Positions 19,989 to 30,700 of a DNA stretch of 51,352 bases are shown one piece after another. The DNA is from Candidatus Sumerlaeaceae bacterium (lineage in GTDB: Bacteria > Sumerlaeota > Sumerlaeia > Sumerlaeales > Sumerlaeaceae), in assembly GCA_051003195.1 (NCBI GenBank), contig JBPCLP010000036.1:1-51352 (forward strand). Reading direction: 5' to 3'. The notes beneath the pieces are model-generated. The model saw nothing but the letters and a program-made list of their open reading frames with translations. It made no database searches and was not told the DNA's origin. Both the position numbers and the translations under genes were made by a program. The number at the start of each line of letters is the position of its first letter. The first letter of the stretch is position 1.

Positions 19989-20816
19989 TTAGACCATGAC
20001 CTTGTTCATGTACGCCCTGCGGCGAGGGCAGATCGCGCAGTTCTGCACTTCGCACAGCAGCAGGGTTGGATCGCGCTGGAGGATTTCTTCGGCGGCGTGG
20101 CACAGGGAGCGCATGTCCAGCAGTTGCGAAGCTGCGTTGCCTACACGTACGTCGTGCAGCACGCCACGTTCACGTAACGGGTACTCGATCTTCCGGAAGC
20201 CTCGGGAACAGCCGGGAAACTCGTGAAGCGGCACATACTCGACCTGCCGGTTCTCATTATAAAACCAGCCCGTTTCATAATCCATCTCATCCTGGAAAGC
20301 GACCGCAACATACGGCAGCCCGGCCAGCACTTCCGCCAGGTGCAGCGAACTGTTCGTATCCTGGCACGTGCCAAGCATCAGGATTTTGGCTCCGCGCTGG
20401 CGCATGCGATCCAGCGGCGAGCCGCGCCCGATGGGCGTGCTGTGCAGGTGATTGGAGGTAATCGCGGCTGCTTCGGGTCCAATTACCGTAACGGAATGGC
20501 TGGGATGAAAACTGCGTTGCGCGCGCGCGCGGCTGCGCGCCTCTTCGGTAATGACACCGACTCGCGACCGTGTGCTGTAATGGTCGTAGGGCTCGGTGTT
20601 CCATATCACCAGGTTATAGGTATATGTGGGGACGCGGATATTCCCGCTGCGCCCTGTCACCTGGAGCAGCGCGTCCACCACCGTGGCCGCACCATCCGCG
20701 GTGTTTCCGATACTCTTGAGCGAACTATGAAGCACCACAGAATCGCCCTGGCGCAGCCCGATCCTCTCGAACTCCTCCGCCAGGTCCTGCGTGCGATAAA
20801 CCGGCGCGAAAAACAT
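19989..20816 (-). CDS. AAC(3)/YokD-family N-acetyltransferase
   Basis: VLHSSLKSIG, PTYT, RSFHPSHS, NSSLHLAE, GCS and C-terminal LLC...CAIC; start set at ATG 20816. Confidence 0.85.
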   Translation of the reverse strand: MFFAPVYRTQDLAEEFERIGLRQGDSVVLHSSLKSIGNTADGAATVVDALLQVTGRSGNIRVPTYTYNLVIWNTEPYDHYSTRSRVGVITEEARSRARAQRSFHPSHSVTVIGPEAAAITSNHLHSTPIGRGSPLDRMRQRGAKILMLGTCQDTNSSLHLAEVLAGLPYVAVAFQDEMDYETGWFYNENRQVEYVPLHEFPGCSRGFRKIEYPLRERGVLHDVRVGNAASQLLDMRSLCHAAEEILQRDPTLLLCEVQNCAICPRRRAYMNKVMV

Positions 20817-20879
20817 GAAATAACTAAGCGGCCCGCTCCGCCAAAGCACAAGTAAAGAGTGACACAATTCGCATCGGCT

Positions 20880-22484
20880 TCATTTCCCCTCGACGTATGC
20901 CCGGTGAAACAGCACGCTGCTTGTGGGATTTCGGACGACACCTTTTACCCATGGCTTCTGCAGGAATGGATCGACGTAAAAATACAGCGGGATCACCACC
21001 ATGTCATCCGCGATGAGCTTCTTCTCCGCAGCACGAAGCATGTCCAGCCGCGCGGCACTATCGCTGGTTGAGCGGCTGTCTGCCACCAGTTTGTCGAACT
21101 CCTTGTTGGCGTATTTAAAATTATTGTTTCCGGCGCCCGTCACGAACATATCGAGAAAAGCGACCGGGTCGAGGAAGTCACCAATCCACCCTGCCCGCGC
21201 AATCTGGTAGTTCTCAGCGTGCACGTTCTGCAGGTAGACTTTCCATTCCTGCACCTGCAGATCGACACGTACTCCCAGGTTTTCATGCCACATGCGCTGA
21301 AGTGCTTCAGCGATGGTCCGGTGCTGCTGGATATCGTTGTATAGATATTTGATGCGTGGCAATCCGCGGCCATTGGGATAACCTGCTTCCGCCAGTAGCT
21401 TTTTCGCCTGTGCGATATCCTCTTTGAAAAGGTCGCCTCCTTTCTGCCGGTAATCTCCACCGCCAGGTAGAGTGATGCCGGGCGGAACCAGCGCAAGTGC
21501 CGGCGGCTGACCGGCGCGTAGAACGGCATCGGTGATCTGCCGGCGATTGAGCGAGAGGGCAAACGCCTTGCGTACGCGCACATCGTCAAATGGCTTAGCC
21601 GCGTTCTGCACCGCGACGTAATAGGTGCCCAGGTACGGCGCAATCTGCAACTGCCCGGCCTTTTTCAGCCGCGGGATGTCCGGCAGCGGAACGTAGGTTT
21701 CGATAATATCCAGCTTGTTGGCTTCCCACTGCATGAGTGCAGTCGATTCGTTTGCGATGAGCATCATATCAATCGCGTCCAGGCGCACCTTGTCCGCGGC
21801 GTAGTAGTGTGGATTCTTCATAACGATGATTTGGTCGTTATGGCGCCATTCCGTTATATTGAACGGGCCATTACCCACGTATGTCTTCGGATCGTTTGCC
21901 CACTTGGCGTTCGCCCTCACGACCCTTTCATTAACAGGGGAGTAGGCGGCGTGTGCCACCAGCGACACAAAATAGGGGGTGGGATTTTTTAACTTCACTT
22001 CAAGCGTTTGGGAAGTGACGGCACGGAGTCCGACGGACGCGGGGTCTTTCGACTTTCCAGAATTGTACTCCTCGGCGCCCGTGACCAGGAACAGTTGATA
22101 GGCATACTCCGCCGCGGTTTCCGGGGCAAGACAGCGCAGCCATCCATACACGAAATCCCCGGCAGTAACTGGATCCCCATTATTCCACTTAGCCTGCCGC
22201 ATAAAAAAGGTCACCGTTTTACCATCCGGACTGATTTCCCACTTTTCGGCCATGCCTGGTACTGGCTGGCCTTTTTCGTCGAGGGTGGTAAGGCCCTCGA
22301 TCAGCGCATTGATGACGTAGGACTCGACTACACCGGTCGCCAGGTGCGGGTCGAGCGTCTTGGGTTCGGAGCCTACGTTAAAACTGATACGCTGCTCGGC
22401 GGCCGATGCGACGCCTGCGATGAGAAGAGCCAGGGTCAGCATAATGGCCCGACGGTCAATAGGTAGCACGAAAAAAGCCTCCAC
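20880..22484 (-). CDS. oppA: Oligopeptide ABC transporter substrate-binding protein
   Basis: GSEPKTLDP, PGMAEKWEISPDG, AKWNNGDPVTAGDFVYGW, VGNGPF, PFDDVRVRKA, RAGWIGDFLDP, VIPLY; start may be about 22443. Confidence 0.92.
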   Translation of the reverse strand: MEAFFVLPIDRRAIMLTLALLIAGVASAAEQRISFNVGSEPKTLDPHLATGVVESYVINALIEGLTTLDEKGQPVPGMAEKWEISPDGKTVTFFMRQAKWNNGDPVTAGDFVYGWLRCLAPETAAEYAYQLFLVTGAEEYNSGKSKDPASVGLRAVTSQTLEVKLKNPTPYFVSLVAHAAYSPVNERVVRANAKWANDPKTYVGNGPFNITEWRHNDQIIVMKNPHYYAADKVRLDAIDMMLIANESTALMQWEANKLDIIETYVPLPDIPRLKKAGQLQIAPYLGTYYVAVQNAAKPFDDVRVRKAFALSLNRRQITDAVLRAGQPPALALVPPGITLPGGGDYRQKGGDLFKEDIAQAKKLLAEAGYPNGRGLPRIKYLYNDIQQHRTIAEALQRMWHENLGVRVDLQVQEWKVYLQNVHAENYQIARAGWIGDFLDPVAFLDMFVTGAGNNNFKYANKEFDKLVADSRSTSDSAARLDMLRAAEKKLIADDMVVIPLYFYVDPFLQKPWVKGVVRNPTSSVLFHRAYVEGK

Positions 22485-22578
22485 CAGTCACTGGATGCAT
22501 TGAAGCAATGGAGTGCTTCTGGCGGAATCAAGCGGCGAGTGCGCTGAGTAGAGCCGCGTCGAATGTGTAGCGAAGCGC

Positions 22579-23694
22579 GTGATACACGGAGATGTCTTCC
22601 GGAAGCCGCGACGTGGGCAGCTTCCTCTTTTCAGGTTCGCGATGGTTGTGCTGCTGCTGGCAGCCTGCCTCGGCAGCCGCTGCGCCACCGGGACTCTGAC
22701 GTTACAGGGTCTGGTGGCGGACAATGAACGGGTAGTTCAGGTATCCCGCGAGAATTTCGACGTGGAATGCCGCGCGGCCGAGCAGAGCTGGGTGCCGCAG
22801 TTGATTTCCACCGCGGATGCCGCGCGGCGCCGTCTCAGCGAAGCAGCGCGTGACTCTCTCCTGGTTCGAATTCGGATGATTCTCGCCCCGACACATCAGA
22901 TCTTTCTGAAGCTGGCCGGCGGCGGTGCGGAAAATTCCGTGGCGGTCGCAGTCGGTGGCCAGCAGCTCGTGATCATCAACCTGGAGCAATTGCGCACCCA
23001 GGGATTCGAGAAGCTGGGAACCTTACTCGTACATGAATTAGCGCACGTGTACCTCGACGTACGCTGCAAAGGGCCGGTCCCGCGCTGGCTGCATGAGGGT
23101 GTGGCACAAACGATTGCCGGCGAGGTCACGGGAAGCGCCACAAGCCTGCTTGTTGCAAACACGCTGGACCGACTGATTCCATTATCCGAAATCGAACATC
23201 GCTTTCCGGCCGGGCTCGAGCGGGAACAGCTTGCCTATCGCGAGAGCTATTCGGTCGTACAGTTCCTGGTTTCGAGCCGGCATGACGGATCGGTGCCGGG
23301 CCTGCTGCAGTCGATCACGGGCGATGAGGGCGCTCGCAACCTGGAACTGCTCTGGACGCCTGTGTACCGCGATGCGCTGCAGGCCCAATGGATCAAGTCG
23401 CTGGGAGGATGGATGGACTGGATTGTCGCCTTTGTGAGCTCCGGACCCTTCTGGGTCATAATTGCGCTGCTGACCATCGTCGCATGGATGGTCCGCCGAC
23501 GGCGCAGCCGTTTGCTTCGCAGGGAGTGGGATGAAGAAGAGAAAATCTACGCCGTGCTCGATGAAGAAGAGCGCAAGATCTACGGTGATGATCCCGATGA
23601 TGATCCTTACGCAGTGCCTGGCGAATATGTCGATCCCGAATATGACGATGTATATGAAAACGGGGAGTATAAGGGAACCCGAAAGATCGAGTAG
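22579..23694 (+). CDS. Peptidase MA-like metalloprotease, C-terminally membrane anchored
   Basis: HELAH...PRWLHEGVA (HExxH plus downstream E), AYRES, N-terminal signal, C-terminal TM and acidic tail. Confidence 0.75.
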   Translation: MIHGDVFRKPRRGQLPLFRFAMVVLLLAACLGSRCATGTLTLQGLVADNERVVQVSRENFDVECRAAEQSWVPQLISTADAARRRLSEAARDSLLVRIRMILAPTHQIFLKLAGGGAENSVAVAVGGQQLVIINLEQLRTQGFEKLGTLLVHELAHVYLDVRCKGPVPRWLHEGVAQTIAGEVTGSATSLLVANTLDRLIPLSEIEHRFPAGLEREQLAYRESYSVVQFLVSSRHDGSVPGLLQSITGDEGARNLELLWTPVYRDALQAQWIKSLGGWMDWIVAFVSSGPFWVIIALLTIVAWMVRRRRSRLLRREWDEEEKIYAVLDEEERKIYGDDPDDDPYAVPGEYVDPEYDDVYENGEYKGTRKIE

Positions 23695-23866
23695 GGGAGC
23701 GACACTTTTACGAGCAGGCAAGTTGAACGCATTTGGGTATCTAAAGTTGTGCTTCCATTGAGATACATACGAATGTCTGTCCTGGTGTGCCACCAAAGGG
23801 CAGACATGGCCTCGATTCGGCACACAGCACAGATTACGAACTAACGGTAGACCACACTACGGCGCT

Positions 23867-24700
23867 ATGATGCAAAAGCCCACTAAACACGACCTGCATA
23901 AGCTGGGGCTGCTCCGGCGCCTTACCGGCCCGTTGCGTGTGCTCCCTGATTTCCTGATCCTCGGTGCGCAGAAGGCCGGCACCACGACGATCTATGACAA
24001 TCTTGTGAAGCATCCCCTGGTGCTGCCGGCGGACATCAAAGAGGTGCATTTTTTCGACAACGCCTGGGCGCACCGGGTAAACTGGTACCGCGCGCATTTT
24101 CCGACGCGCACCGCCATGTCAGCGCACGAAGGGAGCATCACGGGCGAGGGCTCGCCCTACTACTTATTTCACCCGCTGGTGCCGGCGCGCGTGAAACAGG
24201 TAGTACCGGGTGCAAAGTTCATCATGGTGTTGCGCAATCCAGTCGATCGGGCGTATTCGCATTACCAGCATGAGGCGCGAAAGGGACGTGAACCGCTTAC
24301 CTTTCCGGATGCGATTGCCCAGGAAGCGAAAAGGATCGCCGGAGAGGTGGACCGGCTGGCAGCAGACCCCAACTACCGAAGCACCGCGTTGCAGCATTTC
24401 TCCTATATCGAACGTGGCAAGTATGCAGAACAGTTGCGGCGCTGGTTTAACGTTTTCCCGCGCGAGCAGTTTCTCATTCTGACCAGTGACGAACTCAACC
24501 GGCAATTCCAGGACACGATGCAGAAGCTCTATGCGTTTCTCGGCCTGCCGGACCATGCGATCGAAACTCCGAAACGCAGCAATGTTGGAAGTTACAGCAA
24601 GATGGAGCCCGAAACACGGGAACAACTGCTGGAGCTGTTTCGACCGCACAACGCTGAGCTGGAGAAGCTGATCGACCGCACGCTGGACTGGAATAAATGA
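23867..24700 (+). CDS. PAPS-dependent sulfotransferase
   Basis: 5'-PSB PDFLILGAQKAGTT, KEVHFFD, GEGSPYY, 3'-PB LRNPVDRAYS, FPREQFLIL. Confidence 0.9.
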   Translation: MMQKPTKHDLHKLGLLRRLTGPLRVLPDFLILGAQKAGTTTIYDNLVKHPLVLPADIKEVHFFDNAWAHRVNWYRAHFPTRTAMSAHEGSITGEGSPYYLFHPLVPARVKQVVPGAKFIMVLRNPVDRAYSHYQHEARKGREPLTFPDAIAQEAKRIAGEVDRLAADPNYRSTALQHFSYIERGKYAEQLRRWFNVFPREQFLILTSDELNRQFQDTMQKLYAFLGLPDHAIETPKRSNVGSYSKMEPETREQLLELFRPHNAELEKLIDRTLDWNK

Positions 24701-24703
24701 GGT

Positions 24704-24737
24704 AGCGGCCCGGAGCATAGTCCGAGCCGCTTCGTTT
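24704..24737 (+). terminator. Putative intrinsic terminator between convergent genes
   Basis: AGCGGCCCGGA-GCATAG-TCCGAGCCGCT hairpin (one mismatch) followed by TCGTTT. Confidence 0.5.
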
Positions 24738-27700
24738 TAGTTGCCGTACAATGACCAGTCGCGAATTGCCGCCGGCGCAGTCGACAGCGGACCGAGGGCG
24801 GCAAACCCGGTTGCATTGGACGTGCTGACCTGGGTGAAATCCCCGCCCGCGTACAACGTGTTATTATAGTTGCCCAGTGCCCTGACCACATTGTTGACGC
24901 CGTAGTTGCAATCGACCGGAGCACCGGTAATCGCATGAAGGCCGACAAGCCGGTAATGCGCCTCGGTACCAATACTGGTGAACGCTCCACCGGCAAAGAC
25001 TGTGTTATTATCCACCATCAGGGCCGATACACTCCTGTCCGCGATGGGGTTCCATGGAAGCACCTGCCCGTCGGTAGGATCGACGGCGGCGAGGTTTCTA
25101 CGCGGCTGTCCGCCCATGCTGCCGAACGTGCCACCGATGAACAGGCGACCGTTTTTGTAAGCCAGCGCATAGACGTACAGGTCTGCCGCGGCGTTTGCCC
25201 ACGTGTGCGCGAACCCCGTGGTGCGGTCGAGCGCCGCCACACCGCGGTAGGGTTGTCCCCCGGCGCTCTGGAAGATACCGCCAACGTAGACCTGGTTGTT
25301 CGCAGATGCCAGCGCGTAGACATTGTTGCTGACGGTGGGACGCCACAGCGTAAGGCTGCCGCTGGAGATAAATTCTGCGACGTAGGGTTGAGCCGTACCA
25401 TCTATGACAGTGAAGTCGCCGCCCGCGTAGATGGATCCCGCGCTGCTGTGCAGCGCCCGCACAATGCCATTCGCGCCCGGGTTCCACGGCAGTACTCCGC
25501 TCATTGTGCTATTCGCATCAATGGCCGCGAGTCGTTGCCGTGATTGATCGCCCATCTTGGTGAACAGCCCGCCTGCATACAGCGTGGTTCCGTCCAGCGC
25601 CAGGGAGTAAACCGGTGCGTTGGCTGTTGGATTAAATTCCGTCGGAATGCCGGTGCTCGCATCAATGGCCGCAATGTATCTGCGCTGTTTCCACGTCGCA
25701 TTGTCAGGGCTGAGAACGTAAGTAAAATTGCCTGCGATGTAGATGGTGTTCGGCCCGGTGGCGATAGCGTACACTTGTCCGTCCGTCCGCCAGACATTCG
25801 GGTTGATCAGCCCATTCGACAGGATGATGAACAGCCAGTCGGGTCCGGGGACGATCGCGCTACCCTGGATTGTATCAACGCGCCATGTATGCGGTCCTTC
25901 CACCAGCGGGGGAGGATTATAGAAGGTGTCCTGGATCGTTGCCTGGAAGATGTTGTCGATGTAAACGCTGTAGAACACCGCGCCGACTGCCGGGTTCCAT
26001 TCCAGTCGGGCCGGCGAACTGCATAAGCGTGCGCCGTCACTTGGGGTCACAGGACCGCTTGCGGGATCGAGGATCACGAAGCTCCACGCAACGCCAGTTG
26101 TACTCAGGCCGCAACCGCTGTCGGAGTCCACGCGCCAGTTATGTGTTCCCGGCGACTGCGGCGCTATATTGACCGACGTGCCAGTAGTGGTCGCAATCAG
26201 TGTGCTATCCAACCATACTTCGAACGAGACGGCGCCTGCTCCGGCGGTCCAGGAAAGCTGGGACGTGCTGGAAGGTACAATGGAGCCATTCACCGGCGTA
26301 GGATTTGTCGCCGGGGCCGGTTGACCACAGAACGTATAAAACTCGTCGTAGAAAGGCGTGCCGGTGAGCGGATTCCCGACGTGGTCGAACACGCCCGCGC
26401 CGTTTACGACTCCAACCCACAGGTTACCGATCCCAGTACAGCCGGAGACGGTAACCCGGAAGATGGTGCTGCTTAAGAAATCGTCGACTTGCGTGATGGT
26501 CCCCGCAGCAGTACCAGTGGCACTGGTTGCGAGATTTGAGATGGAAAGCGTGGTGACTTTCTCCGAGAATGTGACATCGAATCGCACGACGGAAGCGGTT
26601 GTCGGATTTGCATCAACCAGCGTGATGGCCGTGACAAAGGGCTGCGTCTGGTCGATGGTGTATATGTCGCCCACAATGCCATCAAGCAGCGGATTGCCGA
26701 CCTTGTCGGTAATACCAGCCGTCGTGGTCAGGTCAACACCGAGCGTTCCGTTCCCGCTCACGCCGGTCACCGCGATCATCCAATTGACGCCATCCGTAGT
26801 CACCGGATCTTGCACGGTGCCCGTCGTTCCTATGGCCGCAATCGACAGGCTCGCGCTCGTGATGCCCGACATCGGCTCATCGAAAACCAGGCTGAAGTTC
26901 ACCACGGATGCGCTGGTGGGGTTCACGTCGGTGCGTGTGAGTGACAACGCCAGTGGGTTCGTCTGGTCAACGTCGTAGAGCGATCCCGGTATTCCCGACG
27001 CCAGTGCATTCCCCGCTGTATCGTAAATACCTGCCGGATTGCTGAGGACTACCCCGAGCGTTCCGGTGCCCGTGACGGACGTAACCGCCACGTTCCAGTT
27101 AATGCCATCCGTGGTAGTCGCATCATTGAGGACGCCTGTAACTCCAACGCCTGAAAGCGTGAAGCTTGCCGAAGTAACGCCAGAGACAACCTCGGTAAAC
27201 GTGACGGTAAAGTTCAGCACGGTTGCGCTGGTAGGGTTCACGTCCGTACGCGTGATCGAAAGCACGGCCGGTGCGGTTTGATCCACGTCGTACTGCTGAC
27301 CGGGTATTCCAGCAGTTACTGCATTGCCCTGGAAGTCCTGGATGCCGGTGGTATCAAACAGATCTACACCGAGCGTTCCGTCACCCGTTACTCCCGTAAC
27401 TGCGATAATCCAGGTGATGTTGTCGGAAGTCGTCGGGTCGCTAAGTATTCCTGTCACTCCGCCGCCACTTAATGTAAGGCTTGCGCTGGTGACGCCGATT
27501 ACGGGCTCGCTGAAGGTGAGGATAAAGTTCAGTGTGGTTGCACTGGTGGGGTTGGTATCAGCGCGAACCAGGGACAGTGCCGTTGGAACGGTCTGGTCGA
27601 CAGTGTAGAGCGGGCCGGTTACCGGAAAACCGGCAAGCGGATTGCCTACGAGGTCGAGAATGCCAGAGCCACTCGTGAGATCGAGCCCGAGAGTTCCGCT

Positions 27701-30700
27701 GCCGCTCACGCTCGACACAGTCACACTCCAGGTGATCTGATCCAGGGTACCGATCGACGAAATTGTACCGCTGACACCGGCACCCGTAAGGGTCAGGTTA
27801 GACGCTGTCAGCGTGGTCACAGCTTCACTGAACGTGACACTGAAGCCGAGACTTGTCGCGTTGGTGGGATTCGGGCCGGTTAGAAGAATCGTATTAACTG
27901 TCGGGGCGGTCTGGTCGATTGAGTAAACCTCACCCGTGAATGGTGTGCCATCCAGCGGATTGCCGACGCTGTCAACGATGCCACTTGGGTCGGTAAGATC
28001 AAGTCGCAGCGTTCCGTTGCCCGTTACCACCAGCACTGCTACATTCCAGACGACCCCGTTAGCGGTAGTTGGCACGCCGATCGTGGCCGTTACACCGGAA
28101 AGGTTCAGCGAGAAGCTCGCGGAGGTCACGCCCGACACCGCCTCGGTGAAAGTGACCGTGTAATTAACGGTCGTGGCGCTGGTCGGGTTGACGTTAGTTA
28201 CAGTTATGGAGCTGATTGCCGGGTTCGTCTGGTCGACGTTGTAGAGTTGTCCCGCAAATGGTGCATTGATCAGCGCATTGGCGAGCGAGTCCGTGATGCC
28301 GGCGCCGTTGCTCAGGTCCAGGCCAAGCATGCCGGTACCGGATACCAGTGTGACCTGCACGGTCCACGTTGTGCCGTCATTATTGGTTGTGGGAGTGCCT
28401 ATGGAGCCCGTCACGCCTGCGCCCGCGAGCGAGAAATTCGCAGCAGTGACGCCCGATACAGCAGTATCGAACGTTACGAGCCAGTTCAGCGTGGTTGCGT
28501 TGGTGGGATTGACGTCGGTGCGTACAATGGAAACAACCTGCGGACCCGACTGATCGACGTCGTACTTTACGCCAGTGAACGGCAGGCCGCCCAGCGCATT
28601 AAATGCGGCGTCGAATATACTGCTGCCGTCGACGACGTCGAGACCCAGTGTTCCTGTACCTGATACGCTGTTGATGGTAACATCAAATTCCTGCTGGTTC
28701 AGGGTGGTGATGCTTCCAATGGTGGCGATAACGCCGCTCAGCACCAGCGAAAGGTTCGACGCGGTAAGTGTCGTCACAACTTCGCTGAAAGCGACTTTGA
28801 AGTGGAGGGTCGACGCGCTTGTGGGGTTCGGGTCCGCGCGCAGAACCGAGATGACGGTTGGCGCAATTTGATCGATCGTATAGGCATCGCCAACAAGGCC
28901 TGAGACAAGTGGATTGCCCACTGCATCCTGAATCCCTGCGACGATGGTCAGATCAATTCCGAGCGCGCCGTCACCGCTGACGCTGGAGACGATGACCTGC
29001 CACGTGAGGCCGCCATCAGAGCTGAGCGCACTGCCGATCGTGCCCGCAGCGGTACCACCGGTAGCGAGCGAGAAACTGCCAGTCCCTACGCCCGACACTG
29101 CCTCGCTGAAGGTAACGAGGAATGCAACGGACGTCGCGCTGGTCGGGTTAGCATCCGCCCGACTGATCGAGCTTACGACCGGTGCGGATTGATCAACATC
29201 GTACAGCGGGCCGGTTGCGCCTGCACCCAGTGGATTATAAGCCACGTCCACGATGCCCGTAATATCCGACAGGTCGATTCCGAGTGTTCCGGAACCGGAT
29301 ACGCTGGTTACCGGGATATTCCATGTGAGTCCCGCATCGGTCGTGGTGGGGATACCGACTGTGCCCGTCACACCAATTCCACTCAGGTTAAACGAGCCGG
29401 CAACCACACCCTTAACGGTTTCGCTGAACAGCAGCGTGAAATTCACGATGGTCGCGCTGGTGGGACTTACATCTGTTTTTGTGATAGAGACCACGACAGG
29501 CGCCGTCTGGTCGATGTCGTAGAGCTGGCCGACAACACCGGCGCCCAGCGAATTGCCGGCGAGATCAGCGATTCCCGTGACATCAGTGAGATCGAGTCCG
29601 AGTGTTCCGTTGCCGCTTACACTGCTTACAGGAATGTTCCAGGTAATACCGCCGTCCGTTGTGGCTGGTGCACCAATGGTACCCGTGACACCGGTCCCCG
29701 TAAGGCCGAAGCTCGAAACAACGACGCTTGTGACCTGCTCAGAGAACGTCAGGGTAAAGTTTATAGTCGTGGCACTCGTCGGCGAGACATCGGCAACGAT
29801 GAGCTGCATGGCATTCGGTGGGGTCTGGTCGATATCATAAACTTGTCCTGCGGCCGGTGTACCGGTCAGACCATTGGTTCCACTGTCTGCAATACCGGTT
29901 GGATCATTGAGAACGAGTTGCAACGTGCCGTCACCTGAAACGCCGGAGATCGGCACGTTCCAGACGACGTTGTCCGACGTCGTCGGCACTCCAATCGTTG
30001 CAGACACGCCGGAAAGCGTCAGCGCGAAATTGCTGCTGGTAACAGTGGTTACCGCTTCGCTGAATGTGAGTGTGTAATTGAGCGCAGTCGCATTCGTCGG
30101 GCTTGCATCCGTGCGGATGAACGAAACGACTGTGGGCGCCGTCTGGTCCACATCGTACGATGTGGCGGAATCTAAAGGTGCACCGGCCACTTCGTTCCCG
30201 GCCACGTCCTCGGCGCCTGTGGAGTTATTGAAGCGTAACCCCAGCGTCCCGCTTCCAGTAACTCCCGTGACAGGTATTGTCCATGTCAGGTTGTCCGATG
30301 TTGTTGGCGTGCCGATTGTCCCGGTTACCCCGGAGGCGAGAATTACGAAGTTCGAGGCCGAGAGACCGGTGGTCGCTTCATCGACGACGAACGTAAAATT
30401 GAGAGTCGTGGCGTTGGTCGGTGTGGGATCCGCGATGTCGAACGAAGTAATGACCGGCTGCGTGTTGTCGATGTCATAGGCCGTGGCGGAGTCCTGCTGT
30501 GCACCTGCGACTTCGTTGCCGGCGTCGTCTTGCGCATTGGTGGAGTTGTTGAACTGCAGCGCGAGAGTGCCGTCGCCATTGATCAGCGTGACCGGTATGG
30601 TCCACGTCAGGTTGTCCAACGATGTTGGAGTGCCGATGGTGCCTCCCACCGTGCCGGTGGCCACGAGCGCGAAGTTCGTATCCGAGAGAGTGACAATTTG

